Shown here: positions 46,479 through 57,441 of the stretch, piece by piece | Layout: each line of letters opens with the position of its first letter | Position numbering within the stretch: position 1 is the first letter of the stretch | Assembly: GCA_046328995.1 (NCBI GenBank) | Contig: JAXLVN010000001.1 | Span: 542,593 to 606,592 of the forward strand | Direction: 5' to 3' | DNA: 64,000 bases | Source of the DNA: Candidatus Kapaibacterium sp. | GTDB lineage: Bacteria; Bacteroidota; Ignavibacteria; Kapaibacteriales; UBA961 | Translations under genes and position numbers: made by a program | The notes under the pieces: generated by a model | The model's input: the letters and a program-made list of their open reading frames with translations, nothing else | What the model was told of the DNA's origin: nothing | The model's database searches: none

Positions 46479-46871
46479 TTATTTTACACTTAAAAGTTCA
46501 ACATCAAAAATGAGCGTCGAATTGGCAGGAATGCCGGGCCGGGCCACGCTCCCGTAGCCAAGTGATGGTGGAATAACGAGCTTGCGCTTACCCCCAACCT
46601 TCATCCCCGGAATACCTTTTTCCCATCCCTGTATCATTTCACCGGCTCCAAGCGTGAAGCTTAATGGCTGAAATCGATCGCGGGAAGAGTCGAATTTCGT
46701 GCCGTTGGTCAGCGTGCCGACATAATGCACAGTAATATACCTGCCATTCGTGGCTTCCGCTCCTGTGCCAACGAGCGTGTCGGTAATTTCGACTGTTCCC
46801 TCAGGTTCTGTTGAACACGATACCACACCAACACATACCAATACCGAAAGCAGCAATGCAATTATTTTCAT
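46479..46871 (-). CDS. FKBP-type peptidyl-prolyl cis-trans isomerase (lipoprotein)
   Basis: 130 aa from the ATG at 46871 (MKIIALLLSVLVCVGVVSCS). VHYVGTLTNGTKFDSSRDR..FTLGAGEMIQGWEKGIPGMKVGGKRKLVIPP is the FKBP core. The longer track ORF would overlap the next gene. Confidence 0.85.
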   Translation of the reverse strand: MKIIALLLSVLVCVGVVSCSTEPEGTVEITDTLVGTGAEATNGRYITVHYVGTLTNGTKFDSSRDRFQPLSFTLGAGEMIQGWEKGIPGMKVGGKRKLVIPPSLGYGSVARPGIPANSTLIFDVELLSVK

Positions 46872-46876
46872 ATTGT

Positions 46877-47554
46877 TCAAGAAGGTTGTTGATTTTTTCC
46901 TGGAATTTGCGCAGCAAGCATCCCCTTTTTCCATGCTACGAACAGCAAAATTACAACAGAAATCACTGCCCCGATACCTGCGCACGACATATCGCGGTAC
47001 CCGTCCCATATATCTCCTTGTAATCCAACGAACGGATCGTACTGTTCGGGTGGCAACGACCACGCCGTCGCCGCTTCGATGATTTCATACAACGCACTAT
47101 AGGAGATGATGAACTCCACCGGCAGTACATACCACCACACCGAACGAAAACTCGAATACCGACGCAGCACATCATGGAAAATATATCCGAACACTACTCC
47201 AAACAGAAAATGAACCAACCGATCATACACATTCGGACGCGCAAAGCCAAAGGTCTTCGACATCCAAAAGCCGAGTCCGACATTGGAGTAACTGTCATGC
47301 GCGCCAACAGCATGAAAACACATAAAAATGGTGAGCAGTAGGTAGGAAACGTCAGAAAGCGGATACTTGCGGTAGGTAGCAATGATGACTGCAACGATGG
47401 CAAAGACAAGATAATTATCCAGCCACCACTGAGGCCGCCAAATAGGATTTATCGCGTAGTATATCCAGAAAATCAAATAGCCAAGTGCTAGGATAATCTG
47501 AAATTTATTTTTTAAGAATGTTTTGCCAAGCGGGGTAAAAACGGAGGAGAGCAT
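46877..47554 (-). CDS. DUF2238 (YjdF-like) membrane protein
   Basis: 225 aa with multiple TM helices. The pattern NPIWRPQWWLDNYLV..CFHAVGAHDSYSNV fits DUF2238. Confidence 0.65.
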   Translation of the reverse strand: MLSSVFTPLGKTFLKNKFQIILALGYLIFWIYYAINPIWRPQWWLDNYLVFAIVAVIIATYRKYPLSDVSYLLLTIFMCFHAVGAHDSYSNVGLGFWMSKTFGFARPNVYDRLVHFLFGVVFGYIFHDVLRRYSSFRSVWWYVLPVEFIISYSALYEIIEAATAWSLPPEQYDPFVGLQGDIWDGYRDMSCAGIGAVISVVILLFVAWKKGMLAAQIPGKNQQPS

Positions 47555-47602
47555 TCCTTACTCACGATAATTCAACATACTATGAATGTACTAGTTACTT
47601 CG

Positions 47603-50551
47603 TTATTCACGTACAACAAACGGTTTGTATATTATTTCACCATTTCCAAAGCGAAGCTGACAAGAGTACACCCCACGCGGTAGCTGTGGGATTGTATACT
47701 CTTCGTGCGAACTCAGCGCGTCCTCAGCAAGAAGTATTTCCTGACCGAGAAGCGTAATTATTCGAAGGCTATACTGCTCGGTTTGCGGGAAATTTACCGT
47801 GATAAGTCCTTGATGGACTAGTGGATTGGGTGTAATTGACAGATAAGATTGATGTACCATTTCCACTTGACCTTCGACACTTGTTACTGTATCGGTAACG
47901 GTAATATACGCTGCCTTTTCGAGCACATCAACCGTCGAATCGACGCCTGTTTCAGGTGGACAATACGTTTTCAATGTAACGGTATATTTCCCTGCTTTTC
48001 CATACACATGCTTCGGCAGTCGCTCATTGGATGTGGTGCCATCGCCGAAGTCCCATTCATACCGGCAGCCGGAGTTCACCGGAATACTTGTATTAAAAAA
48101 CTGCACGGTATCACCCTTGACTTTATTCTTATCGGATTGAGGTGCGATAAATTCTATCTTCTTGGTAATACTCAGTTTCGGTGTTTGCCACAGCGTTACG
48201 ATACCTCCTGTATCACCGGTAGCAAATGACTTTCCATCTTTCGCGATTGCAATCGAGGAAATGATAAAATTCGCTTTGAAATACTGCATGTATTTTTTGG
48301 TGAGGGTATTAAATATTGCTACTGTGTCTGACTTGGGATACATCACGAGCAAATGCACGCCATCCGGAAACACTTCAAATCTCCGCGCCGAGAGTAACGG
48401 TAATGAATCCAAACGTTTACCATCAGCAAAACTCCATACGCCATCACTTGTAAAGCTATGATATTGATCCGGAGAGTGCCGGAGAATCGTGCCTTTGGTC
48501 GGGTATTTTGCAATAAGGTCGAAGGTGCCGTAGCGGATGTGGTGGACGCTGTTGTTAGCAATGATGAAGTAGGAGGTAGAGTTATAGGGCAAGCCTCCGC
48601 GAATTGAATAAACATTCAAATTACACAACGCATCAGATCCCTTTAAATATAAAGGATTTACAGGGTAGGTTCCTATGTATGGTGATCGCCCGTTATCATA
48701 AAGTATCGAATCATTTGCTATAGTTAATGTCCCAGAGTAACAGCCTATTGATTCACCACTTATCGTATTATTCGGTGGAATTCCACCGGACCATAGAAAA
48801 CTAGCTTTACCAAAATTGGAATAGTGAATGTGAAGTGAATCGTATGAGAGTGCAAGCGAAGGAAAGCCTCCTGTACTATTCGTTTCATAAAAAGTAGCAT
48901 CATTGGGATAATTACCAAACATGAACCCCGGTTTACCAACTTCTATTTTATTAACAACAGATGGTTGATCCAATGTAATTTTTCTGATGAACGTAAAGGC
49001 TGAAGTACCTTTCGGTACTCCAAGTACATAGAGATTATTTGTATGTTGGTTATAAACTATGTCTTTGTAATGAAGGATACCAATTTGATTCTGATAATCA
49101 TTTGCAATTTGATAGGAGACTTGATTATGTTCTAGTAAGTATTTTCCCAGCCTACCATCATTCATTACAGAAAATACCGAGCCATCATTTGTTCCTGCAA
49201 AAATACTATCTTTCACAAAAGCTAACGAGGTAATCCAACCATTCGTATATTTTTTTGACCAAAGAGCGTCCGTCGGCTTAGAAAGGTCCTTATAATTTAT
49301 ATACTTTACTTTCAGCATCTCGGACGTGTCACCTGAAGTCATAAGTTTAAGCCGGACTGAGTAGATACCAGGTGATGCATATACATGCTTCGGATGCAAA
49401 AGCGATGAGGTATCACCGTCACCGAACTCCCATAATACTTGATATTTACTATCGGTAATGTAAGAATTGTTGCGAAACTGAATACTACCGCCTTTATAAG
49501 TTGACGTATAGTCTGAAGTGAAATCAGCATGAAGCTTCGCCTGTTGTACTTCCGGTAGATTATAAACTGTTAGTAATTTCGAATTTGTAACTACTACAAT
49601 TCTTCGACTGTCTGCGCTGAGATGACAAGCTGATATCTTTCCTTCACAATGAATTGTTAGTATTGGAGTATCATCGTAGCGTAATACAAATAATGAATCC
49701 CCTTTTACAGTAATATAAAAGTCGTAATTATCTGAACACGAATGATAATTCCCTGTTTCAGGAGTTGTGAGATTTCGTACATAATCGCCTGTTGGTACGT
49801 GATATAAGGAATGGTCGAGTATTATGTAATTTGTGTCATGACATACACTTACACTTGAAAAATAAGATGGTAAAGAAAGCACTGCTTTGTTTGTGGTTAA
49901 CGAAATTGCCTTCGTATATGGATTCACGGTGGGAGTACTTCGTTGCGGTACATCCTGTGATTTCCCTGACGCTATTACATGATTCGTTGAAATATTTGAG
50001 CTTAATTGTTCTACTACTTCACCGACAAGTTCCTTTGTTTGTACTCCATCCACGTTAAGAATGCCTACTCTACCTCGACTGAATGTCGCAGAAGTGATTG
50101 TAATGACCGTATAAGAATATCCAAAGAGTAATGATAAAGAATCCTGTGTGGGTTGTAAGAATCTGAAGGTAGGGTTAACAGTAAATAGTCCACCATTTAG
50201 ATTATTTGGCAACTCCTTTAATGGTCGAAAGTAAACTGTATCATCATGTAGAGGAACCACATATATTCCATGTATTGAATTCACGATTCCGAGACAATAT
50301 ACAGTATCATTGTTTTTGGAAATAACGGGAGGCGAATTGAAGTTTAACGTAACGAATTTTACGTAAGAGTTCGAATCTTTTCGCCAGACATACAGTGATC
50401 CTTTGGAAAGACTTGCAAGAGTCGAACCATCCTGGGAAATCGCAAGATAATCGATGGTGGTCGGCGAAGTCGCCTCCCACACTTTGGTTTGTCCAAAGAG
50501 TGAGAGGCTACTTGACGTTAGGAGGAGGATCAGCAGTAGGAGGGTTTTCAT
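47603..50551 (-). CDS. Large secreted PKD-domain / beta-propeller-like protein with a T9SS C-terminal sorting domain
   Basis: 982 aa with a signal peptide. Two PKD motifs (WEFGDGDTSSLLHPKHVYASPGIYSV and WDFGDGTTSNERLPKHVYGKAGKYTV). C-terminal tail ..GVYSCQLRFGNGEIIYKPFVVRE. Confidence 0.75.
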   Translation of the reverse strand: MKTLLLLILLLTSSSLSLFGQTKVWEATSPTTIDYLAISQDGSTLASLSKGSLYVWRKDSNSYVKFVTLNFNSPPVISKNNDTVYCLGIVNSIHGIYVVPLHDDTVYFRPLKELPNNLNGGLFTVNPTFRFLQPTQDSLSLLFGYSYTVITITSATFSRGRVGILNVDGVQTKELVGEVVEQLSSNISTNHVIASGKSQDVPQRSTPTVNPYTKAISLTTNKAVLSLPSYFSSVSVCHDTNYIILDHSLYHVPTGDYVRNLTTPETGNYHSCSDNYDFYITVKGDSLFVLRYDDTPILTIHCEGKISACHLSADSRRIVVVTNSKLLTVYNLPEVQQAKLHADFTSDYTSTYKGGSIQFRNNSYITDSKYQVLWEFGDGDTSSLLHPKHVYASPGIYSVRLKLMTSGDTSEMLKVKYINYKDLSKPTDALWSKKYTNGWITSLAFVKDSIFAGTNDGSVFSVMNDGRLGKYLLEHNQVSYQIANDYQNQIGILHYKDIVYNQHTNNLYVLGVPKGTSAFTFIRKITLDQPSVVNKIEVGKPGFMFGNYPNDATFYETNSTGGFPSLALSYDSLHIHYSNFGKASFLWSGGIPPNNTISGESIGCYSGTLTIANDSILYDNGRSPYIGTYPVNPLYLKGSDALCNLNVYSIRGGLPYNSTSYFIIANNSVHHIRYGTFDLIAKYPTKGTILRHSPDQYHSFTSDGVWSFADGKRLDSLPLLSARRFEVFPDGVHLLVMYPKSDTVAIFNTLTKKYMQYFKANFIISSIAIAKDGKSFATGDTGGIVTLWQTPKLSITKKIEFIAPQSDKNKVKGDTVQFFNTSIPVNSGCRYEWDFGDGTTSNERLPKHVYGKAGKYTVTLKTYCPPETGVDSTVDVLEKAAYITVTDTVTSVEGQVEMVHQSYLSITPNPLVHQGLITVNFPQTEQYSLRIITLLGQEILLAEDALSSHEEYTIPQLPRGVYSCQLRFGNGEIIYKPFVVRE

Positions 50552-50662
50552 GTTGTGACCCTTTTGTCGTTGATTTGATAGAATTGAGTAGAGTTGTAAT
50601 CAATTCACTCTAAACTACCTACCCGGCTATTTTTGTTCCCTATGCGGTATCTATTCGCAATT

Positions 50663-52279
50663 TCACTCATCTTTCCCGGCATTTTTCCGACTCAAAGCTG
50701 CCTTGATGAATGCGATGAAGAGAGGATGTCCGCTCACGGCGCGTGATTTTAATTCCGGGTGGAATTGCACACCCACGAACCACGGATGATTCGGAAGCTC
50801 GATGATTTCGACAAGCGTGGTATCCGGCGAGAGTCCGCTGAGAATCATACCGTGTTCTTCAAGCGTTCTGCGGTATGTGTTATTGACTTCATAGCGATGG
50901 CGGTGGCGTTCGTTGATGAACTCCGAACCATACGCTGCCGCCGCATGACTTCCCTTTTTGAGCACGCACGGATAGGCACCAAGACGCATCGTGCCGCCTT
51001 TGTCAGTCACATTACGCTGATCCGGCATCAGGTCAATCACATTATTCTTCGTTTTTTTGAATTCCTTGGAATTGGCGTCACTTAAGCCACAGACATTTCT
51101 TGCAAATTCTATCACCGCACATTGCATCCCAAGGCAAATACCGAAGAATGGAATGCCATTTTCACGGATGAGCTTGAGGGCGTGGAGCTTACCTTCAATC
51201 CCTCTCGAACCGAATCCGGGAGCGACCAAGACTCCATCCAAGCCGTGAAGGAGTTCTGCCGCGTTTTCTGCTGTGATGTGTTCAGAATCGAGCCACCGCA
51301 CGTTCACCTTCGTATTATTAATCGCGCCGGCATGAATGAATGCTTCCAGAATACTTTTGTACGAATCCTGTACTTGCGTGTATTTCCCGACGAGTCCGAT
51401 AGTTACTTCATGCTTTGGACTTTTGATACGATGCACGAATTTCGTCCAGTTTTCCATTTCGAGTTCGGGCGTTTTGACATGTAATTTACGGAGCACGATA
51501 TCATCCAGGCTGCGCTTGGCGAGTGACATCGGAACTTCATAAATTGTTTCTGCGTCAAGGGCTTCGATGACGGAGTCTTCCTCAACATTACAGAAGAGTC
51601 CGATCTTGGAACGTACTTCTTTGTTGAGCTTTTGTTCGGTGCGGCAAAGGAGAATATCGGGTCTGATCCCGACCTCCATCAGCACTTTCACGGAGTGTTG
51701 CGTCGGCTTGGTCTTGAGTTCGCCGGCAGACTTGATATACGGTACATACGTAAGATGTATATTCAGCGTATTCCGACTTCCCCGCTCATGGCAAATCTGC
51801 CGAACAGCTTCGAGGAATGGAAGCGATTCAATATCGCCGACCGTGCCGCCGATTTCAATGAGCACTACATCAACCTGCTTGTCGAATAAGGTCATGCGAC
51901 GCTTAATTTCGTCGGTAATATGCGGTATCACCTGCACAGTTTTCCCGAGATAATGTCCGCGGCGTTCACGTTGAATTACTTCGAAATATACTTGTCCGGC
52001 AGAGGCGCTATTACTCCGTGACGTCGAAATATCGAGAAAGCGTTCATAATGTCCGAGATCGAGATCTGTTTCGGCGCCGTCATCGGTGACATACACTTCA
52101 CCATGTTGATGCGGGCTCATCGTCCCGGGATCGATATTGATATAGGGGTCAAGTTTCATGACCGTCACGCTCAGGCCCCGTCTTTTCAGGAGTAAACCAA
52201 GCGATGCAGAAGCGATTCCTTTGCCGAGGGAAGATAATACACCACCGGTAATAAAGATAAATTTTGTTTTATGTGTCAC
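50663..52279 (-). CDS. pyrG: CTP synthase
   Basis: 538 aa with a GTG start. [17 protein letters not shown], and a glutaminase domain with GICLGMQ and HRHRYEVN. Confidence 0.95.
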   Translation of the reverse strand: MTHKTKFIFITGGVLSSLGKGIASASLGLLLKRRGLSVTVMKLDPYINIDPGTMSPHQHGEVYVTDDGAETDLDLGHYERFLDISTSRSNSASAGQVYFEVIQRERRGHYLGKTVQVIPHITDEIKRRMTLFDKQVDVVLIEIGGTVGDIESLPFLEAVRQICHERGSRNTLNIHLTYVPYIKSAGELKTKPTQHSVKVLMEVGIRPDILLCRTEQKLNKEVRSKIGLFCNVEEDSVIEALDAETIYEVPMSLAKRSLDDIVLRKLHVKTPELEMENWTKFVHRIKSPKHEVTIGLVGKYTQVQDSYKSILEAFIHAGAINNTKVNVRWLDSEHITAENAAELLHGLDGVLVAPGFGSRGIEGKLHALKLIRENGIPFFGICLGMQCAVIEFARNVCGLSDANSKEFKKTKNNVIDLMPDQRNVTDKGGTMRLGAYPCVLKKGSHAAAAYGSEFINERHRHRYEVNNTYRRTLEEHGMILSGLSPDTTLVEIIELPNHPWFVGVQFHPELKSRAVSGHPLFIAFIKAALSRKNAGKDE

Positions 52280-52372
52280 AAGATAGATTTTTTGAAATTG
52301 AAGTACAGGATATTTAACTTTAATTTTACCGGTTTATTCTCTACGATTTACAATGCCTGTAATTATTTAAAG

Positions 52373-52729
52373 CTATGCAATTATGAAATTAACGATTGTT
52401 TGTTCAATCTGCTTCATATCGTATGTTGAAATAGTACCCAGTTTTTTGATAACATTTGTGTGCTCTAATGTTGCAAGCTTCATTCTAAACATTGAAGGTT
52501 TAGGAAGCCCTGAAATCTGCCAGTCGCGAATGTGGCAATCTCCAATTCTGTTAGCAACATTAACATTACTCGTTATAAACCCAATGAGAATATCAAGTGT
52601 GGAATTATAAGCATCAGGAGAAATAACCAAAGCAGGTCTTTTTTTGGTACCACTTTGGTTTGTAAAAGGAAATGGTACGAGAACAATATCTCCTTTACTA
52701 TAGAGAATCATAAATTTCATCCTCTTCAT
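52373..52729 (-). CDS. PemK/MazF-family type II toxin
   Basis: KGDIVLVPFPFTNQSGTKKRPALVIS is the MazF/PemK signature. The true start may be an internal Met (52720 or 52711). Confidence 0.8.
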   Translation of the reverse strand: MKRMKFMILYSKGDIVLVPFPFTNQSGTKKRPALVISPDAYNSTLDILIGFITSNVNVANRIGDCHIRDWQISGLPKPSMFRMKLATLEHTNVIKKLGTISTYDMKQIEQTIVNFIIA

Positions 52730-52895
52730 TATCCCACTCTTGGAAACTTGGTTCAGAAAGCTTCGACATCTGAGAAACTATGATTTGTTCGTCGGTATAT
52801 TCTTGATGTACAAGTAGTTCTACAAGTTGCAGCACCTGATTTTTATGTTCATCTGACAGATGCTCTATCTTATCGAGTAGTTCTTCCCTGCCCAT
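52698..52895 (-). CDS. Putative antitoxin (DUF2281-like)
   Basis: 65 aa, immediately upstream of and overlapping the MazF-like gene. Acidic C-terminus (EWDNEEDEIYD). Confidence 0.6.
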   Translation of the reverse strand: MGREELLDKIEHLSDEHKNQVLQLVELLVHQEYTDEQIIVSQMSKLSEPSFQEWDNEEDEIYDSL

Positions 52896-52928
52896 AATAA
52901 CTCCTCAGTAGTTTTGAAGATTTTCTGT

Positions 52929-54197
52929 TTACATCTTCCCGATCACTGCACTGCCGAATTCCGAACATTTCACTTCCGTTGCGCCATCCATGAGTCGGGC
53001 GAAGTCGTAGGTAACCGTTTTAGCAGCAATTGCGCCATTGATACCTTTGATAATCAGGTCTGCTGCTTCGTTCCAGCCGAGATAGCGGAGCATCATTTCA
53101 CCGGAGAGAATGACCGACCCGGGATTGACTTTGTCGAGTCCAGCGTATTTCGGAGCAGTTCCGTGGGTTGCTTCAAAAATTGCATACCCGTTGTCATAAT
53201 TAATATTTGCGCCTGGCGCGATACCGATACCGCCGACTTGTGCTGCGAGAGCGTCGGAGATATAGTCACCGTTGAGATTCATACAGGCGATCACATCATA
53301 TTCAGCCGGACGGGTAAGGATTTGCTGCAGGAATGCATCGGCAATGACATCTTTTACGAGTAATTTATCACCGGGATTGCCATTGCAATCATCCCAGCCA
53401 ACAGCGACGTCGCTAAATTCATCACGCACAAGCTGATACGACCAGTCACGGAATGAGCCTTCCGTAAATTTCATGATATTTCCTTTGTGAACGATCGTGA
53501 GGTTTTTACGGCCTTGGCTGAGCGCGTAGCGGAGTGCGGCACGAACGAGGCGTTTGGTGCCCGGTACAGAGACCGGCTTGATACCAATTCCGACTTCGGT
53601 AGGAGCTTCAGCACCAAAACGAATCTTTTTTGCCATAGCCGGGAAATTCTCCTGTAAAAATTCGAGCATTTTGGTTGCTTCCGGTGTACCAGCTTGGAAT
53701 TCAATTCCCGCATAAATATCTTCCGTATTCTCACGGAAAATTACCATATCAACGAGGTCAGGACGCTTAACGGGAGACGGCACACCATCGAACCAGCGAA
53801 CAGGGCGAAGGCAGACATACAAGTCCATCAACTGACGTAATGCCACGTTAATAGAACGAATTCCTCCACCGACAGGAGTTGTAAGGGGACCTTTAATCCC
53901 AACAATATATTCTCTAATTGCCGTAAGAGTATCTTCAGGAAGCCATGTGTTTGGACCATAGACATCGTTAGATTTTTCACCGGCATACACTTCGAACCAT
54001 TCGATTTTGCGGGTGCCGTTATACGCTTTTTCTACTGCTGCATCGATTACTCTCACCGAAGCCGCCCAGATGTCGGCACCTGTACCGTCACCTTCGATAA
54101 ACGGGATAATTGGATTATTCGGAACGTTCAATGTTCCATCGGAATTAACGGAAATTTTCTCACCGTTTGTCGGGGGCGTCAGCTTCGTGTAGGACAT
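52929..54197 (-). CDS. icd: NADP-dependent isocitrate dehydrogenase
   Basis: 422 aa. [29 protein letters not shown] and [25 protein letters not shown] are Icd signatures. Confidence 0.95.
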   Translation of the reverse strand: MSYTKLTPPTNGEKISVNSDGTLNVPNNPIIPFIEGDGTGADIWAASVRVIDAAVEKAYNGTRKIEWFEVYAGEKSNDVYGPNTWLPEDTLTAIREYIVGIKGPLTTPVGGGIRSINVALRQLMDLYVCLRPVRWFDGVPSPVKRPDLVDMVIFRENTEDIYAGIEFQAGTPEATKMLEFLQENFPAMAKKIRFGAEAPTEVGIGIKPVSVPGTKRLVRAALRYALSQGRKNLTIVHKGNIMKFTEGSFRDWSYQLVRDEFSDVAVGWDDCNGNPGDKLLVKDVIADAFLQQILTRPAEYDVIACMNLNGDYISDALAAQVGGIGIAPGANINYDNGYAIFEATHGTAPKYAGLDKVNPGSVILSGEMMLRYLGWNEAADLIIKGINGAIAAKTVTYDFARLMDGATEVKCSEFGSAVIGKM

Positions 54198-54482
54198 AGC
54201 GTTGTCTTTCTGGAAATGTAGGAAATATTGAGAGGGTTAATTTTGAGAAGGCGCAAAATTACTTAAATTCAGGCACGTAAGCAAAGATTTGGCAGGTAGG
54301 ACGCTGATTTTTAGATGGGGTGAAGGTCAAGTGTTGGCTTCTATGTTCCGAATAACCACTGAGCATTACGGTAAAAGTGGCGGACAGCGCAGATCGGCAG
54401 GCAAATAGTAGTAAGAACAAAAATAAAACAGTATTTTTGAATTACCCTTCAAGTCATATATCTCAGTAATTATCTATACAAT

Positions 54483-55184
54483 ATGCTTTCAGCTCAGCTT
54501 CCTCCAGATGAACGCCGGCGTTTGGACGCCTTGCGTTTGTATGATATTCTCGACTCCGAGCCTGAACAAAGTTATGACGACTTGACCTACATAGCGTCCG
54601 TAATTTGTCAAATGCCCATCGTCCTTGTGAGTCTCGTTGATGAGCATCGGCAATGGTTCAAGTCCAAGAGGGGGCTTAATGTAGCAGAAACTCCCCGGGA
54701 GACTTCATTTTGCGCGCATGCAATTCTTGATAGTGGAGTCATGATTGTGCCGGATGCGAATCAGGACCAACGATTTATTGATAATCCATTGGTCGTTGGA
54801 GATCCTTCGATACGTTTTTATGCCGGTGCGCCGTTGTATTCATCGGATGGATTGGCACTTGGAACATTGTGCGTCATCGACAGGGTGCCGCGCACGCTAA
54901 CCATGGATCAGATAAAAGCATTGGAAGCGCTAGCAAGGCAGGTAAGCACTCTGATTCAGATGCGCCACACGTTGCATGAATTACACACCGCTGTCAGCAC
55001 CATCAAGCTGCTTGGAGGAATTGTACCGATGTGTGCTTCGTGTAAGAAAATACGGGAAGCAGACAACCGGTGGCTGCCACTCGAAGAATACATAGCAGGT
55101 CATACGGAAGCGCAGGTCAGCCATGGTATTTGCCCTGAATGTGCCGGTGTGCTCTATCCACAGTATTTTCCGACCCAACCGTAA
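54483..55184 (+). CDS. GAF-domain protein with a C-terminal four-Cys module
   Basis: 233 aa. ERRRLDALRLYDILDSEPEQSYDDLT..LVDEHRQWFKSKRGL..FCAHAI is a GAF sensor region. The C-terminus PMCASCKKIREADNRWLPLEEYIAGHTEAQVSHGICPECAG has a CxxC...CxxC pattern. Confidence 0.7.
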   Translation: MLSAQLPPDERRRLDALRLYDILDSEPEQSYDDLTYIASVICQMPIVLVSLVDEHRQWFKSKRGLNVAETPRETSFCAHAILDSGVMIVPDANQDQRFIDNPLVVGDPSIRFYAGAPLYSSDGLALGTLCVIDRVPRTLTMDQIKALEALARQVSTLIQMRHTLHELHTAVSTIKLLGGIVPMCASCKKIREADNRWLPLEEYIAGHTEAQVSHGICPECAGVLYPQYFPTQP

Positions 55185-55197
55185 TTCTGAGATTGTC

Positions 55198-56472
55198 TTA
55201 TTGGATATATGCCCCGCAGAGCCGCATAAAGCGATCTTTTTTGTCATGCGGCACCGTGATTTCTATCGTACTGCCATCATCTCCATCCTTGCGGGAATGC
55301 ACTTCACCGGATTCATAGATGATTTTTTGTAAGTTCATCTCAGAATAAGGTATTACTACCGTTAGGGTCGTACTTCCCCGCTCTGCCGCCTGCTGCATTG
55401 CCAGTAGAAGTACATCGATATGGAGTCCTTTCTCGGCTGATACCAGCAACGAGCTCGGGAATTCAATTTCCAGTTGATGACGTTCATCGAGTGGTAGTGC
55501 GTCGCATTTGTTGAGCACAAGAATCGTCGATTTTGCACCAATTTCAAGGTCATCGAGCGTTTGATTGACGACGGCAATTTGTTCGCGAAACGCCGGGTGA
55601 GATGCATCGACGACATGGAGCAGCACATCGGCCTCAGCCGCTTCAGCAAGAGTACTACGGAATGATGCTATGAGATGAGTGGGTAATTTTCGAATAAATC
55701 CAACAGTATCAGAAAGTACCGATTGACGTCCATTGGGTAATTCGAGCGCGCGAACCGTGGTATCGAGTGTAGCAAAGAGCTGGTCTTTGACATATACACC
55801 GGAACGGGTCAAGGTATTCATCAGCGTAGATTTTCCGGCATTGGTATAGCCGACAAGTGCAAATTTCACCATATTTGCGCGAGATTTCCGCTGTTCATGC
55901 CGCTGTGTGGCAATTGTACGTAATTTATCTTTCAGCAGATCGATTCTATCTCGTACCAGCCGTCGATCGGTCTCAATCTGTGTTTCACCCGGTCCTTTGG
56001 TTCCAATTCCCCCGAGCTGCTTTGAAAGGTGTGTCCACAAACGGGTAAGTCGCGGCAATAAATACTGCAGCTGCGCAAGCTCGACCTGCGTTTTTGCTTC
56101 TGCCGAGCGCGCCCGCGAAGCAAAAATATCAAGAATCAGACCACTCCGATCGAGTATTTTCACTTCCAGTTCTTTTTCTAAATTTCGCACCTGCACCGGC
56201 GTCAGGTCGTCATCAAAAATGACAAGAGTAACTCTGTTTTCCTCGATAAGCTCTTTGATTTCTATTACTTTTCCTTTTCCTATTGCAGTGGCCCCACTTG
56301 GCTTATCCAACTCCTGATACATCTTTGCAATCACCTCTGCTCCGCATGTCTCTGCGAGGAATGCAAGCTCGTCCAAGTGGTCAAGTGCCATTGTACGATA
56401 ACTGCCTTTGCGCCCTACCGAGACGGCGATTGCTCGCTCGACTGGGACTTCTGTGCTGTTTAATTCTTTCAT
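55198..56472 (-). CDS. hflX: GTPase HflX
   Basis: 424 aa with the HflX N-terminal domain. G motifs VGYTNAGKST, DTVGF and NKCD. Confidence 0.92.
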   Translation of the reverse strand: MKELNSTEVPVERAIAVSVGRKGSYRTMALDHLDELAFLAETCGAEVIAKMYQELDKPSGATAIGKGKVIEIKELIEENRVTLVIFDDDLTPVQVRNLEKELEVKILDRSGLILDIFASRARSAEAKTQVELAQLQYLLPRLTRLWTHLSKQLGGIGTKGPGETQIETDRRLVRDRIDLLKDKLRTIATQRHEQRKSRANMVKFALVGYTNAGKSTLMNTLTRSGVYVKDQLFATLDTTVRALELPNGRQSVLSDTVGFIRKLPTHLIASFRSTLAEAAEADVLLHVVDASHPAFREQIAVVNQTLDDLEIGAKSTILVLNKCDALPLDERHQLEIEFPSSLLVSAEKGLHIDVLLLAMQQAAERGSTTLTVVIPYSEMNLQKIIYESGEVHSRKDGDDGSTIEITVPHDKKDRFMRLCGAYIQ

Positions 56473-56496
56473 ATATATTGGGTTAAGTGGGAATAA

Positions 56497-57411
56497 TTAT
56501 CGTTTTTCACGGTAAAAGGCAGCCAGCAACTCAAACATTTTCTGTTTTGTCTCCAGTTGTCGTGACGTACGCACCCGTCGGATACCTTTACTGATACTAC
56601 TTTTGAATGTATAATTTGCAATTTCAATACGTATGAACCAACGGACATGACGTGGCGAAAAGTGTTTTCGCATGTAGTGCACCTTGGATGTCACTAATTT
56701 TTGGAGTGCTTTTTCGGAAAAATTCAATTCTGAACCCGAGCTCGCACCACGGATATGCATGACTGTCGATGTCGGCACATAATGCACATACCAACCTTTG
56801 TTGTGCAGCCGGTAACAAAAATCTGTTTCCTCAGAATAAAAGTTGAAACTCTCATCGAATCCTCCGACATCGGCAAAAGCTGATCTTCGAATGGCAAGTA
56901 CTGCCCCATCACAGTATCCGACACTCCGTGGACGCCGGAACATAAGCCTAGGATATAGAAGGCGCTTGAAATAATCACGAATGCCATAGAGAAGCAGCAT
57001 GTCTTTAATAGCAGTGCCGACGCTTGGCAAAGGACCGAAACAATACTGCCAGGTACCGTCGGGATACACCTGCTGTGGAGAGCAGACTCCAACGCGTGAA
57101 TGTGCCTGTAAATAGGCAATCATGGTGGCAACTGCACCAGCATAGAACTCGACGTCGGCATTACAAACAATTGTATATTCAGAAGTTGTGGAATTCATAC
57201 CAATATTCACTGCATTGGAATAACTCTTGTTCTCGGGTGAGACAATCATTCGCACGGCAGGATATTCCCTACGAACAGCTTGCACCGTATCGTCGGGAGA
57301 GCGATTATCGACGACCACTATTTCTGCTTCAGGATAGGTAGTAACTATGGATGCAATACAGTTCAGGGTCAGTCGGCAGGTATTGTAGGAGATAATGATA
57401 ATACTGACCAT
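56497..57411 (-). CDS. Glycosyltransferase family 2
   Basis: 304 aa. VSIIIISYNT...VVDNRSPDDT...CNADVEF is the GT-A DxD pattern. Confidence 0.8.
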   Translation of the reverse strand: MVSIIIISYNTCRLTLNCIASIVTTYPEAEIVVVDNRSPDDTVQAVRREYPAVRMIVSPENKSYSNAVNIGMNSTTSEYTIVCNADVEFYAGAVATMIAYLQAHSRVGVCSPQQVYPDGTWQYCFGPLPSVGTAIKDMLLLYGIRDYFKRLLYPRLMFRRPRSVGYCDGAVLAIRRSAFADVGGFDESFNFYSEETDFCYRLHNKGWYVHYVPTSTVMHIRGASSGSELNFSEKALQKLVTSKVHYMRKHFSPRHVRWFIRIEIANYTFKSSISKGIRRVRTSRQLETKQKMFELLAAFYREKR

Positions 57412-57441
57412 AAATGTAGTAATTTTTTAGCAATAATGCAC

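Noticed and set aside
46872-47063. N-terminal extension of the FKBP ORF. Similar extensions occur at 60883-61020 for dnaE, 7365-7433 for tag, 16539-16574, 23520-23564, 24563-24640 and 27629-27658.
   Set aside because: The extensions overlap neighbouring genes or precede an obvious signal peptide or conserved N-terminus. Several start at non-ATG codons. Internal ATG starts give canonical protein N-termini.
52914-53363. 149-aa plus-strand ORF
   Set aside because: It is antisense within icd.
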